From positions 70,608,284 to 70,672,283 of the forward strand of contig NC_068988.1 in assembly GCF_001194135.2 (NCBI RefSeq): a stretch of DNA of 64,000 nt. The letters are read 5' to 3'. The translations under genes were made by a program, and so were the position numbers. The DNA comes from Octopus bimaculoides (taxonomy: Eukaryota). Below, one piece after another: positions 40,501 through 53,559 of this stretch. The first letter of the stretch is position 1; each line of letters opens with the position of its first letter. The notes beneath the pieces were generated by a model. The model had not been told where the DNA came from. It made no database searches and saw only the letters and a program-made list of their open reading frames with translations.

Positions 40501-41705
40501 NNNNNNNNNNNNNNNNNNNNNNNNNNNNNNNNNNNNNNNNNNNNNNNNNNNNNNNNNNNNNNNNNNNNNNNNNNNNNNNNNNNNNNNNNNNNNNNNNNNN
40601 NNNNNNNNNNNNNNNNNNNNNNNNNNNNNNNNNNNNNNNNNNNNNNNNNNNNNNNNNNNNNNNNNNNNTATCTTTTAGAGCCTTATAATTTAACGCACTC
40701 ACAGGTTTAATATCCACTTACTTCATTTTTATTTTTCTAAAATTTTTGTTGCGTCTTGCAACCTTTTCAATAGTTTTGACTGTGTTATTCACACTGCGTT
40801 CTTTTTGTTTGTCTGTGCGCATGTGTGCGGGCTAGTGTGTGTGTGCATACACATGCATCTGTGTATGTATGTGTTCACGTGTGTATGCATGTATGTGTGT
40901 GCATATGTATGTGTATACATTTGTATGCATGTATTCTGCATATTCATGTTTGCATGTCCGTGTTTGTGTGTTTTTATATATGTCTCTGTGTGTTTGCGTG
41001 TGTGTGAGTGTGTGTGTATATACTTCTGTCTCCTTATGTGCGCATGTCTGAGTGTGTGCGTGTGTGAGTGAGTGTTTTGCAACTATGCACCGTGTTTGTA
41101 TGTATGGATATGTATCTCCATATGTACGCGCATGTATCTCAATATGTTTTTGTTTGGAGTAAAGTGAGTTTGTATATATGGTCATGTATTTCAGTCTTCA
41201 GTTGTGCATTTGTGCGTATGTGTGCTTGTCTGTTCATATAACCTATGTACTTGTCCGTCTGTATGTTGATCTGTTTACTGTCATATCCATATCCTTACAT
41301 ACATATGCATATACATATATATACACCCACCCACACACACACATACACACGTGTATCTATATAACAGCCCACTAACTTCGTAAACTGTGGGTATGGGGTC
41401 ATGATATCTACTACGTATACTTCCTATTTAGTATTGGGGAGGTTTCATTTATGAGGTCGTACTCCTGTATTTGTCTGAGTGTTGGGCCCTTTGGGTACTT
41501 GGATAAGATGCAGATATCAAATTGACCCAGGTTGCCTCCAAGTTGGTCCTTAGCATGTTGGTAGAGAATTCTACGCATGTGTTAAACATCGGACGAAAGT
41601 GAAACATTACAAGTAAATCGAAATATTGCTCGAAGTTGACTCAAAATTGTGCAATCCGACCTCGTTTCCGAGGTTATTTTAGTAGTGAAAAAGAGTTGTG
41701 CCAAA

Positions 41706-41986
41706 TGCGAAACACCTAAAGCTCCACGAGGCTCCGGCAGGGGATGGTGGCCAACCCTGCTGTACTCTTTCACCACAACTTTATCTCACTCTTACTTTCC
41801 CGTTTCTGTTGTGCCTGTAATTCAAAGAGTCAGCCTTGTCACACTGTGTCACGCTGAATATCCCCGAGAACTACGTTAAGGGTGCACGTGTCTGTGGAGT
41901 TGCACGTTAATTTCACGAGCAGGCTTTTCCGTTGATCGGATCAACTGGAACCCTCGATGTCGTAAGCGACGGAGTGCCAACAACAA
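41706..41986 (+). mobile_element. SINE family B, 5'-truncated
   Basis: Starts at GCGAAACACCTAAAGCTCCACGAGGCTCCGGCAGG; ends GTCGTAAGCGACGGAGTGCCAACAAC. Confidence 0.9.
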
Positions 41987-42009
41987 ATGTATATATATAT
42001 ATACACACA

Positions 42010-43493
42010 CACTGGCCAAAATATATTTAAGACCGACGATGACAGTTCTTTTCCTTTATTAATTTATTGTTAACAAAACTGTATGAAATTATTTTACTTT
42101 TTACAGGATATGTTATTTTTATCTCTTTCGAATAATATAGTCGTTTTATATCTTTCTACTATTTGGATAATTTTAATGTGCAATTAATTAAAATGATTAA
42201 ATATTGTCGGCAAAATAAGTTTAAGACCGTACCCACATTATTGTGTTTGAATTGTTTAAATTAAAAATTTACGGCAGAAATGATCACCGAACAAACATTT
42301 CTTATTAGTGTCTAGTTCCATAGCCGTTATTTTCAATTACGGCCTTACAGTGGTTGCCATCTTTCTTCAATAACTTGATATATTGGGACAAATTTGTTAG
42401 TTTTTTTAGCATGAACTCTTTTAGAAGCATAATTCCTTAAATTATCTATCGGTGTTAAATCCGGGTTATGCGGAGGCCACTCGATAACCACCATATTATT
42501 CCGCTCAAAATATTTCCTAGCCTTTTGAACGGGGCAGTTGTCCTGCTGGAAACTAGATCCCGATGGCATCTGATTATTTAAATATGGCAGCACATTTTGA
42601 TGAATGCGGTCCACACCATAATCCCACCCCCACCCCCCGCTTGCACCGTATTCTTGACAGACTTAGGATAGAATTCTTCAGTTGGATGGCGTCTAACATA
42701 CGTTTTCCGTCTGATCCAAAGGTGCAGAAGTGAGATTCGTCGCTCCAAAGAACTTTTGACCAGTCTTCGGCCGTCCGTTCAATATGTCTTTTAGCAAACT
42801 TGATCCGCTTCCGCCGGTTCGTCTCAAAAATTATTGGCTACTTTCGAGTGATCCGGCCGAATTCTTTTAGGTGGTTTCTTACGGTTTGTGGTGTAAAGCT
42901 GATGTCAGTTCTATTAGACATTGGCTTGCAAATATCCACTGCTCTCAGCATTTGATTCCCTTCAGAGAGCCTATGAATTCACTGATCCATCTGTATCGTA
43001 ATCGATATTTGTATTGGTCAGTGGCCAGTGGCTTGGTAAAGCTACCATCCTTGAATAAAAACCGTTCTGATGCATCCTAATTGCTTGATTATGCTCACGA
43101 AGGACACATTTTGCTGATGAAGCAACACGATCTTTGATCTAGAAACTGGGCAAATTCTAGGACGCTTTCCCATCGCGAATTAATGTGTAACAATGCTCGA
43201 TTATTAAACAAAACATTGAAGTACGACCAGCCATATGACCACCCATTTGGTTTATTAATTTGTATAATCTTGGTACAGTCTTAAACTTAGTTTGCCAACC
43301 ATTTTAAATTATTTAAATTAATTGCGCTTTAAAGTTATTCGAATTGTAGAAAGATATATAACTCCTATATCATTCGAAAGAGAAAAAAAAATTCTACACA
43401 AACTGTAAAGTTAAAACGATTCTGTTTTGTTAAAAATATATTAATGAAGGAATAGAACTGTCATTAGATGGCTTAAAATTATTTTGGCCTGTG
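42010..43493 (-). mobile_element. Defective Tc1-type transposon with TIRs
   Basis: CACTGGCCAAAATATATTTAAGAC...GACAGTTC vs GAACTGTCATTAGATGGCTTAAAATTATTTTGGCCTGTG; ORF 42345-42614 has FQQDNCP...EWPPHNPDLTPIDN (Tc1 QQDN / WP..SPDLNPIE). Confidence 0.85.
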
Positions 43494-43859
43494 TCTGACC
43501 AGTCGCAAATTCTGTCTCTCCGTCCTCCATCGTTCAAAACATTTTCTAAGCGTTACCCACTATTCTCGTCTTTTGGGCCTCAAGGCCGTATTTTGTTCAA
43601 TTCTACGTTTTTTTGGGGGTTTTTTTTTTTTTTGCGGAGACTACCAATTGGGAAACATTCAGTCTTATCGCTAAAGGTGCGAAACTTAAAAGTACCATTG
43701 GTTGATAACTGATTACGAATTATGGACTTTCTGTTTGTCTCACGTTTGTTTTTATATTCAGTATACGTTATGTTGTTTGTTTATTATTTTTTTCTTTTTC
43801 ATTTATCAAGTGATGGAACACAACACACGTGTAAGTTTTTTTCATATACCGGTGTGACG

Positions 43860-43862
43860 TGA

Positions 43863-43938
<76 letters not shown>

Positions 43939-44170
43939 TTCTCTCTTGCCTTCATCCTTTCTCCTTTTCTTTCTCTCACCCTGTCAATTCTATTCTAGCC
44001 TCTATACTTATTCATTCTCTCTCTCCGTCTTGTACTCCTATCCTTTCTCCCTCTCGTATTCCTATACTTTCTTCCTCTTATATTACTTGTCTTCTCCCCC
44101 TTGTATTCCTAGCCTTTCTCCTTCTTGTATCCCTAGCCTTTCTCCTTCTCCTTTATCCACATCCCCCTTT
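43860..44170. repeat. (CT)n tract followed by pyrimidine-rich low-complexity sequence with a short tandem duplication
   Basis: Directly visible; CTTGTAT(T/C)CCTAGCCTTTCTCCTT occurs twice near 44100-44150. Confidence 0.9.
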
Positions 44171-44230
44171 TTTCTTTGTTTGCTGCTGTCACGTGACCAG
44201 CAAACAGAGAATATATATATATATATATAC

Positions 44231-44383
44231 GACGAGCGTCTTACAGTTTCCGTCTACCAAATCCACTCACAGGACTTTGGTGGTCCCGAGGCAAGAGTAG
44301 AAGACACTTCTCCAAGGTAACACGCAGTGGGTCTGAACCCAGAACCACGAGGTTGGGAAGTAAGCTTCTTACCACACAGCCAC
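44231..44383 (-). mobile_element. SINE family A 5' half
   Basis: Reverse complement GTGGCTGTGTGGTAAGAAGCTTACTTCCCAACC...GAGTGGATTTGGTAGACGGAAAC. Confidence 0.88.
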
Positions 44384-44393
44384 NNNNNNNNNN

Positions 44394-44433
<40 letters not shown>

Positions 44434-44453
44434 GAGTGGAGGCAATACGAACT

Positions 44454-45081
44454 GAAAACAAGAGGAACATGACCTATTATCCAGCAGAATATTCAATATA
44501 TATGTGTACTTTCTTTGACATTACTAAAGCAATATACAGTTCGAATTAATAGAAGTATTCAAAACATACAACCATTTAAACATATAAATATTTCAAAACA
44601 CGCAAATATTTTAAAATATTTTTAAATATTTATAAAAATGTAGGCATTAAAAAAAAATTATAAATACATAAATAGATACATAAATAGATATAAAAAAACG
44701 TCGATATGATATAAGACATAGTGAATTATAAATTCACACGATATAACATAAAGAAATTAAAATTTACATGTTATAACACAAGCATATAAAATATTTAAAA
44801 ACACGTAGATATTTAAAAATATATATTTATAAATATGTAGGCATTTTAAAAATAGAAAACATGGATATGATATACGACATAGTGAATTAATAAGTTCACT
44901 TATAATAAGTGATATAAAGGAATAAAAATTACAAGTTACAACACAAAGGCCAGTGGAAAGTTTGATATTATAAAACATTAAAACTATAATTCGAACTTTA
45001 TATTGCTTTATTGAGGTCGAAGGAATTACACATATACATTGAATATTCTGCTTGATAATAGTTGATGTTCCTCTAGTTTTC
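44454..45081. mobile_element. MITE-like element with ~100-bp imperfect inverted termini
   Basis: 44454-44551 (GAAAACAAGAGGAACATGACCTATTATCCAGCAGAATATTCAAT...AGTTCGAATTA) pairs with 44985-45081; AT-rich interior with a degenerate internal duplication. Confidence 0.65.
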
Positions 45082-45825
45082 CGTTGTTCTTTAACATTCG
45101 GCGTCATGTATGGAGCTTTCTTAGGACGCTATCCTGCAGCAAATGAGCGTATAGGCAAACACATACACTGCATACTAGAGACCGAAAATGTATATATATA
45201 NNNNNNNNNNNNNNNNNNNNNNNNNNNNNNNNNNNNNNNNNNNNNNNNNNNNNNNNNNNNNNNNNNNNNNNNNNNNNNNNNNNNNNNNNNNNNNNNNNNN
45301 NNNNNNNNNNNNNNNNNNNNNNNNNNNNNNNNNNNNNNNATATATATATATAATATATATATGTGTATGTATATGTGTGTGTAAGGGTGTTTTTGTGTGT
45401 GGGTGTGGGTGGGTGATTGGGTGCGTGTGTGTGTGTATATATGTGTGTGTTAAGTGTAGTTTAATCCTATTAAAATCTTTAACCTTTGTACTTTAATTAT
45501 AGATATGGTAATAAGCTATTAATTTTGCATTGAAATTTTGAAGTATCTAAAATATTTTTCAATATAGCAAGCAATATTTCCTCCTGGTTGAGCATAATTG
45601 TTAATTATAATGACTATTAATATATTATGTTGCCATTATTACAAAAGCAGTTTATTGCATTTACTGAATTATGACATTTTATATTGCTACTTATTTCACG
45701 GAGTTCTGTATTGAAGATTCCACCATAATTACTCCATGTGGGCAGAGAGATAATTAATTTAGTAAACGGTTAAATTAAAATCTCATAAACGTATAATTTA
45801 TAGAAAAAATATATAATGTTTTTAT

Positions 45826-45950
45826 ATGTGGCTGTGTGGTAAATGTTTGCCCCCAACTGTATGGCTCAAGGTTCACTCCCACTCAGTGGTACCTTGTGAG
45901 AGTGTCTTCTCCTATAGACTCTGGTTGACCAAACCCTGGAGAGTAGAGGT
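45826..45950 (+). mobile_element. SINE family A head, degenerate
   Basis: GTGGCTGTGTGGTAAATGTTTGC...GGTTCACTCCCACTCAGTGGTACCTTG. Confidence 0.75.
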
Positions 45951-46090
45951 CTTGCAGTTAAATTGAGATAATTTTTACGATGCATAAAACTGATTATAAA
46001 TACCAAAATAATGGTAGTAGAGTCATATAATTTTAATGTAACATTTATTACAACAAAAGCATTTATCATTCAATATGCCCGCCTTTCTAG

Positions 46091-46312
46091 GGCGGTGAGC
46101 TAGCAGAATCGTTAGCAAGCTGGGCGAACTGCTTAGCGGTATTTCGTCTGCTGTTACGTTCTTAGTTCAAATTCCGCTGATGTCGATGTTGCTTTCCATC
46201 TTTTCGAGGTCATTAAATAAGTGCCAGTTACGCACTGGGGTCGATGTAATTGATGAATCCCTTTCTTTGTCCCCTCTACGTTTAGACCCCTGTGGGCAAT
46301 AATGAAATAAAT
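46091..46312 (+). mobile_element. tRNA-derived SINE, family C
   Basis: GGCGGTGAGCTAGCAGAATCGTTAGC head, B-box-like AGTTCAAATTCCG, body TAAGTGCCAGTTACGCACTGGGGTCGATGTAAT. Confidence 0.9.
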
Positions 46313-47351
46313 ATACCCGTCTTTCTGGGAAATTACTGCCTCCACACGGGAACCTGCCCTCTTTTGATTTTGCGTGTCGCACACACGATGCAGGTCTTCA
46401 AACTGTTCATACTCGAGTGTGTTGAAGCATTGCTTCTTGCTTGAGGTACGCCTCATAAAATGTAATCGAGAAGGTTGAGATTTGAACTATTACTATGTCA
46501 CATGTGAGCCCTATCAAAGAATGTCACCTTTTCAGTAAGGAAGGTCTGTGTTGCTTTTGACCCATGGCATGGTGCTAAATCCTGGATAAGCACCACATTG
46601 TCAAGCCCAAACTTCTGCTCCATCCAAAATAATAGTGAGTTTTTCAGGGTGTCCAGACACTCCTTTATGCTGAGCTGCAAGCCAGATTCAATGAAGTGTG
46701 GACACATGACACTTTCATCACTCGCCGCGGCTCCAGATACTATCTCAGAGGCAGGATTCCTTAGTCTCAAACACAGTGGGGATGTTAGAAGAGTTGTATG
46801 CAACCACTCGAGAATTTCTGCGATTCAACTCAGCATCCTGTTGGCTCTGATTGCTTTGGCTTTAGCTGTTAGGAGGTGGCGGCGTCGTTCAACATAGCTA
46901 GTCATGCCAAGATTCGTATTCACAGCTTTGGACACCGTGGAAAGGAACACTGCTTTTCTTTGCAAGAGTTATCATGAATATGAATGGGTTGGCTTCAATC
47001 GAGCATTTGAGGTCAGCGAGAAACCTTGGATTGCGCTTAGAATCACTTCGAATCTTGTGATCTTTTCTATCAATCTCTCCATCTTTTTTTAAATTGTTTG
47101 TACACACCATAGACTGTTGCATTTGGAAGTTTCGCTAAATTAACAGTTTTATTGGCATTGTGCCCAATGTGTGTCAATACAACAATGGCGGAGCAATTCT
47201 CTTCTTCCATGACTTTCTGTTGTCGAATCAGTTTCCTATTTACCTGATAAATAAAGAAGAGGACTAGATTTTCAAGGAAGCAAGATTTTGTCAAAAAATG
47301 AAATGTTAAACCCACTACATCAGTTGCTTAAAATTGGTCTCAATTCATCTG
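46310..47351 (-). mobile_element. maT (DD37D-like) transposon relic, internally deleted
   Basis: Minus-strand ORFs: MEEENCSAIVVL...AKLPNATVY, VVLIQDLAPCHGSKATQTFL, RVEAVISQKDGYI; 5' end CAGATGAATTGAGACC near 47351. Confidence 0.75.
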
Positions 47352-47827
47352 CACGACTCTGTATATGTGTGTGTATGTTTGTGTGCATGTATGCTAGTGC
47401 GTGTGTTTGTGCACGTGTGTGCGTGCATGTGCACGTGTGTGGGCGTGTGTCTTTGTGTCTGTGTATGTTTCTTGATGACAAGTATTAGTGCGCTTACAGC
47501 CCCGTAACTTAACTGTTCGGTAAAAGAGACTAAGTTTTACAGAAAAATAAATACTAAAAATTCTTTTAAGCGGTGCCCTACTAAAACAAGTAAAATAAAA
47601 TGTTAAAAATATTGAGATGGGCCTCAGAATGATACCAGAGATAATGTTTTCTGTTTAGCATCCTTTTCCTTCCCCTTGTTACCATATGTATTCCTACTGA
47701 GTTCAAAAGATGTGCCTTAACCCCGAACAATATTTAATGATTTAAGCTGTCAATCTATAAAAATGTTAGAGAATACTTGTCCAATAATTGCAAAATTTAT
47801 AAAACTTTACCTCATATAATTATTCTT

Positions 47828-48040
47828 TTCTACTCTAGGATCAAGGACCGAAAATTTGTGGGGGGGGGCGGTCGGTCGATTAGATCGACCTCAGTACGCA
47901 ACTAGTACTTAACTTACCGACCCCGAAAGGATTAAAGGCAAAGTCGACGTCGGCAGAAATTGAACTCAGAACATGAGGATAGACGAAATACCTATAGGTA
48001 TTTCGCCCACCGTGCTAACGATTCTGCCAGCTCACCGCCT
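47828..48040 (-). mobile_element. SINE family C (full length)
   Basis: Reverse complement AGGCGGTGAGCTGGCAGAATCGTTAGCACGG...GTCGACTTTGCCTTTAATCCTTTCGGGGTCGG. Confidence 0.9.
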
Positions 48041-48834
48041 TACTTCATGCAATTATTATATTACGAGTATTCGTGTTATGCAGTCTCCGGATATTATTGT
48101 CTAACAGAACATGCGACAAATCGACATCACATTAATTCACTCCCCACTCAATAAATACGTATGCACAAACACACACAATGTGGACATCAATACAATTGAA
48201 ACATTTATAATTCAGTTTAAGGCTAAAAGGATAGTGCATGCTTTGAATTTGAAGCATAGAAATACGAAACATTTAGTGTGCATTACCTGTTGCCACTAAC
48301 AAAGAAACCAGTGAAAACGATCAGAATTTAAACAATAGTTCACACTTTACTTCACAAGTACCACAAACAAAGCAAAAGTAGCGTACGAGAGGAATATATT
48401 TCCATTCTGAAGGCATACTTTACAGTTACAGTCTATCAAAAAGACAAAACTATGACAACTTTCCTACAAAATTTGATGAGAAATTCAATTCCCTGTATTT
48501 AAATATAACAGCACTCAAATCAGATAAGCTAACTTAAACCCAAAATAAATATCAGAAACCTAAACAGAAACCACAAAAATAAGAACACATAACTAAAACA
48601 AAAATAATAGACAGAAAAGAGAAAAATATTAAATGTAACTGACGAGATAGCTGTAACATGTTCAAAATAATCGACGTAAATTTTTAAAAAATAGGTCTTC
48701 AAATCAAATAATGAAAGAAAAATTATCAATGATAAGATTAGTGCATTAACGGTAAATAACAGTAAAGAAATATTATACACATTCGCCAGAAGAGGTTCAA
48801 GAAGATAATATACTGACAATATAGTGGATCATAC

Positions 48835-48922
48835 CGGCAAATCTGCAGAATATTGTTGTCAATAAGCACTAAAAAATTATGAAACCCTCTCGCAGTACCA
48901 GTCCCAACAGAAGATAATATAT
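48835..48922 (-). CDS. Candidate internal exon of an unidentified host gene
   Basis: Long pyrimidine tract ending TTTATTTTATAG, donor CG|GTATGA; only one open frame (phase 1 to phase 2): (x)ILSSVGTGTARGFHNFLVLIDNNILQIC(R); no TE motif recognised. Confidence 0.4.
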
Positions 48923-50189
48923 CTATAAAATAAATGGAAAGAATATCCAAAGGTAGAGAACATAAGACAGATGTGACCACAATGTTGGGGTTGAAAAGGA
49001 AAACAATCTCTTTCAAGGGTATCTTTAGAACACTCTGTCATGCAAATGATAGGCAACATACAGGAAATCACTTCACTCATATTACATAAACTAGCTTCAA
49101 TAAAGTAGAAAATACAAATTTAGGCATGCATATCACGTGTTTACAAAAATTCAAACAAAGCCTTTCACTAAGGCAGACTGGGATACTCTACGTTTAAAAA
49201 GAGCGAAAGCACCTAACAATAATATCTCTAACAATAATATCAACTTAGTTGCATAATCTTGTTTCTCTATTAATGCGGAGAAACCTCTAAAATATAACAT
49301 CCAATATGGTTGCTTTTCAGCATGATATAAGTAACCAGCAATAACTACTCTACGATGAAGAATAAAGAGATTGACATGGGAATGTGAACATACATCTCAT
49401 TTTTGGTCCTGTGCTCACACCATGAGATGTTTGTATTGAAAAACCATCTACTACACTATTTTGGGGTTGAAGAACGGATCGTCATCAAATTTTGTATTGT
49501 GGAACTGTGTAACCACGTCGTAATGTAAAGAGTTGATACTCAATGTCAGTATTTTCGTATTCAGTGCAATCAGTGATCTCTTCCCGTATTTCCCCTCACA
49601 GCTGCATGGGTAGTAGAATACTTTTTCTCATGGTGGAGACTGTCGAATACTCGAGATATTACATGTGCTTACATGTGCTTCCATCACTTCCATGTTAGCT
49701 GTATTAATGGTTTTACAGAATTCTTAGTGAATCTAGTTCTATGTTTCTAGGCTACTTTCTTCAAATCTTTTCCGGCCCTTGTCACTTTCTTATTGGAAGC
49801 AAAGATCAATGTCTTCGTCCTCTTCTTAAGGAACATATGCAACGCTTGTTAAATGCACTACAACTGTTCTCGAGCCTGTCACAGAGACAGACGAACATGG
49901 TGCATGCTAAGCTGTAAATCCTTCGCATAGATTAATGTTACTAGCTACCTTTCCCCCCCAGTAGATTCGTTTCATAGGATCACTAGCTTGTACTTTCTCC
50001 TTGCAGTAATTTATCTAGGATTTGCTTGAAATATCCCTATAGTAAAATTTAATGCTTTAGAAAGAGTTGTAGTTTTATGGTGTTGATCCATTTGCTTATA
50101 ATTAGGATATAGTCCAGTTGAGCAGGAATATTGATATAGTCAATGTATCACTACATGGCTCTGAATTATTAATAGGAAAACATAGCAAG

Positions 50190-50520
50190 TAAATATATTT
50201 TCTTCTAGAGATTGTTGATGCAAGTGAATAGTGAATCTACAGGCCGTAGCTGAACGTGTCATGCTGGGAAATCTAGCAGTTATTTTTCTCTACTGCTATA
50301 GCCCACGCAATGTACTCTCCGAAGTAGAGCTTAAGCAATCAGCAATCCTATCAGGAAATAGCTACCAGAATCACTGCAATCCCAACGTGAAATATTCTCT
50401 AAAATGGAGGGGAATTTAAAGCTCACCTAAAGTATCGGATTGTAATATTCTTATATACATCACAAGGATATCATTGGGGAGAAATAGAAATTGGTTGCTA
50501 TTTTTCGTAGATTGCGCTGC
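50190..50520 (+). pseudogene. Decayed RTE-type LINE AP-endonuclease fragment
   Basis: ERVML..GNLAVIFLYCYSPRNV (cf. RIM.ATFNGNP.TTIISCYSPTN), then GGEFKAHL (cf. GGDFNAH) and NRN (cf. NRNG). Confidence 0.5.
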
Positions 50521-51339
50521 TACGTAGAAGTACCTTCGTGAACTCTAAATGTAGTTGTCATAGAAAGGGGTATTAAATAGTAATGTGTCGTATAATGTTA
50601 CTTATTCACAGCTCAGTAAACCCGTGAACAAATATATTCTAGCTGTATCCATCCATCTTTTCTTCAAGCATTATGTATCGAGGACTACATAATCATATGT
50701 TCTTCTTTCCTATTAAATAATACGTGAGAAGATTTGGCAACTCTTTCTAGCAGTAGAGTTGAATTTGATAAGAATGGTGCGGCGGTGGTAGTATTGATAA
50801 TATTGGCGTTGCGGGAGGAGCTGATTCTGGTGACAATAATGTAGTTGGTGTTAGGTTATTTATAGTGGCGGTGTATATGGGGATAGTGGTTGCTACTTTC
50901 ATTATGGCGGCAATTTGTTTTGCGTTTACTTTGTATGGCTGAATATTTGCTGTACGACATACGTACGTGTGAGTGCGTGTCTATGTGTGTGTGTGTGTGT
51001 GTGTATATGCGTACATGTATAGGTTTATATTAAAACAAATGAAAATGGATATATTTTAAATACACTGGGAATAAATAGTATCCAGTACCGAAAAAATTAA
51101 ATGAGTAAATAATATATAAATATGAAAAAAATGTTTTTGAAGAAATTGAAAATTTTCTCTATAAATCTTTTTATTTTTCATTTTAATATAATTTTTTATA
51201 TACTTAATGATGGAAGTCTACATCATGTTCTATAGTTTCATTTTGCTACATTAAAATCATTATGTTACTTTTATATTGTTCTTATTATCATTTCCATTTC
51301 ATTTCGCACAGCTCTTAATTTCTATTACTCCGGCTAATT

Positions 51340-52250
51340 CAGGAAGAGCAGACAAATTGTTGTCAAGGATCTCACAGGATCTGTTTCCCCTATACTTAAC
51401 ATTCAAGTACCAAACTGGTTGTCCCCAATAGTGCAGCTTTCTAAGTATGTTCTGTCTTCGTGCCAATCCTAATTTCTCAAATAAATTTCTGAAAACCCAA
51501 TTGTTAATTATCCCAGTGCCCTTACAACTACTAGAATGAGAGTTACTTTCTTCATTACCCACATTCGTGCAATCTCATGTTTTAGGGGCTTGTACTTTTC
51601 AGTCTTTTCTAATTCTTTGTCATCCACTCGTACATCCCTAGAATGGCGATGCCTGACCTTGGTTTCCTTCATCATCTTGTCAACTACATCATTGTCTGAT
51701 CTCCGAATATCAATTCCTAAATCACACTGGGTTGTACAATCCCACAATATCCTATACTCGTTATTCTCAGTGACCCCTTCTGGTTTATGCTCATACCATT
51801 TCAATGTCCTTTCATGGTCACACTTCTCACATAGTCTCCAATAGACATACTTAGCTACGTTATCATGCCTCCTTTTGTATTCTTTTTGAAGCAGTTTGCT
51901 ACACAAGCTCACAATATGTGAAACTCGTTCGTTTTCGCTGCCACATATTCTACAGTTCACTACACTTATTTATTTGTATCATGGTGTAATTAGTTTTCAG
52001 CTCGTAGTGTGTCCATCTAACCGCTGCGTCATATCGCATTAAGGAGACAGCCATGATCTTGTTCTTTCCAGTGAGTCTACTCTTCATAATTAATTTGAGT
52101 GTTCTGAAATATTCTCACCTTAAGCTTTCCTTCATGTCTCCTTAATTTTGTCATACTTCAAACTATTCTAATACTTATATCCATCCACGTGATTTCCTTG
52201 ATTCTCTCGCTGTTGGGTAGTTTTACATCAGATGACGATATTTCGCTATT
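51340..52250 (-). mobile_element. R4/Dong-clade non-LTR retrotransposon, 3' fragment (zinc knuckle + restriction-like endonuclease)
   Basis: ORF 51508-51960: CRICG...VSHIVSLC..L.QKEYKRRHDNVAK...WYEHKPEGV.EN...ILWD...RRSD.DV.DK...KELEK.EKY..LK.EI.RMW...VVVRALG. Confidence 0.85.
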
Positions 52251-52254
52251 TCTC

Positions 52255-53527
52255 TTGGGTTGGCAACTTAGTTCCCGCCGTTGTTTTAAATTTTGGAATT
52301 TATTGCGTTTTTTAAATTTTTTAATCTATTTTTTTCGAGAATTCTATTTTTGAATCATTTTGGAATCTATTTTGTTTTTTGTTTTTTTCCTAGTTAATTT
52401 TAGTTAATTTTTGTTTATTTTCAGATCATTAAAATGGAATGTCAAGTTAAGAAAAATGAGCATTTTCGACACCTCCTTTTTGCTTTTAATCATGGTTCTA
52501 AGGCCATAAAAGCTGCTCGCGATTATTTGTACTGTGTATGGAGAGGGTGCCATAGCTGAAAGAACCGCTCGTGATTGGTATGCCTGGTTCAAAAATGGAA
52601 ATTTTGACCTCAAAGACGCACCTCGTTCTGGCCGTCCAGTTGAGTTCGATAAAGAGCAATTAAAAAAAAAATTGCACGAAAATTCTCGTCAAACAACAAG
52701 GGAACTGGCAGAGAAAATGGAATCCTCGCACACTACTATACAGAAGTATCTTCACTCGATGGGAAAGGTTCAGAAGTATGGAGCATGGGTTCCGCATGCT
52801 TTAAGTGACAACAACAAAAATCAACGAGCCACAATCTCCGCTGGTTTGCTTGCTCGTCAGCGCTGAACTCATGGATGCAAGCAATGATTTCTTTACCGAG
52901 TCTTTACTGGCGACAAAAAATGGTACCTGTACATGAATGACTTAGCCCCGGTAAACAAGTGACACCACGTGTGAAACAAGATCTTCATCCGCGTAAAACG
53001 ATGTTTTGCGTATGGTAGGACTGGGAAGGGATTGTCCATTAAGAATTGCTTGAACGGAACCAAAAGGCTAACGCGGAACTCTATGTTGAACAGATGGAAC
53101 GACTCAGCACGGCTATTCAAGCGAAACGACCTAATCGGCAGCATGGAGTTCTGCTGCACGACAACGCCCGCCCTCATTTTGCCAATATGACCGAGGAAGC
53201 CATTCAAACGCATGGCTCGGAAGTGCTGCCACACCCGCCGTACTCTCTTGATTTGGCACCAATGGATTTCCACTCCTTTCGATCTATTTCAAATGCTATG
53301 CACGGAGATTCGTTCAGTACTGATGCAGAATTGAGAGCTTGATTGGATCAATTTTTCGAGTCTAAATCGGATGATTTCTACCAACGAGATATTGAAAATC
53401 TTGTTGAACGTTGGGAAGAAGTTGTAAACAAGAGAGAATACATTATTGATTAATTAGTCGTTATTTTGTCTTAAACCTTTTAAAAATTTAAATTTAAGAA
53501 ACCGCGAGAACTTAGTTACCAACCCAA
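52255..53527 (+). mobile_element. Full-length (1273 bp) defective mariner transposon
   Basis: TIRs TTGGGTTGGCAACTTAGTTCCCGC / GCGAGAACTTAGTTACCAACCCAA-TA; ATG 52434 MECQVKKNEHFRH; WVPHAL, TGDKKW, LLHDNARPH, PHPPYSLDLAPMDFH; stops and frameshifts. Confidence 0.93.
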
Positions 53528-53559
53528 TACTTTGATCACTACGTTCATATAGATATATT

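Noticed and set aside
16015-41185. ORFs made of CVCV, YIYI, HTHT, SLSL, YLSI repeats
   Set aside because: Translations of microsatellites.
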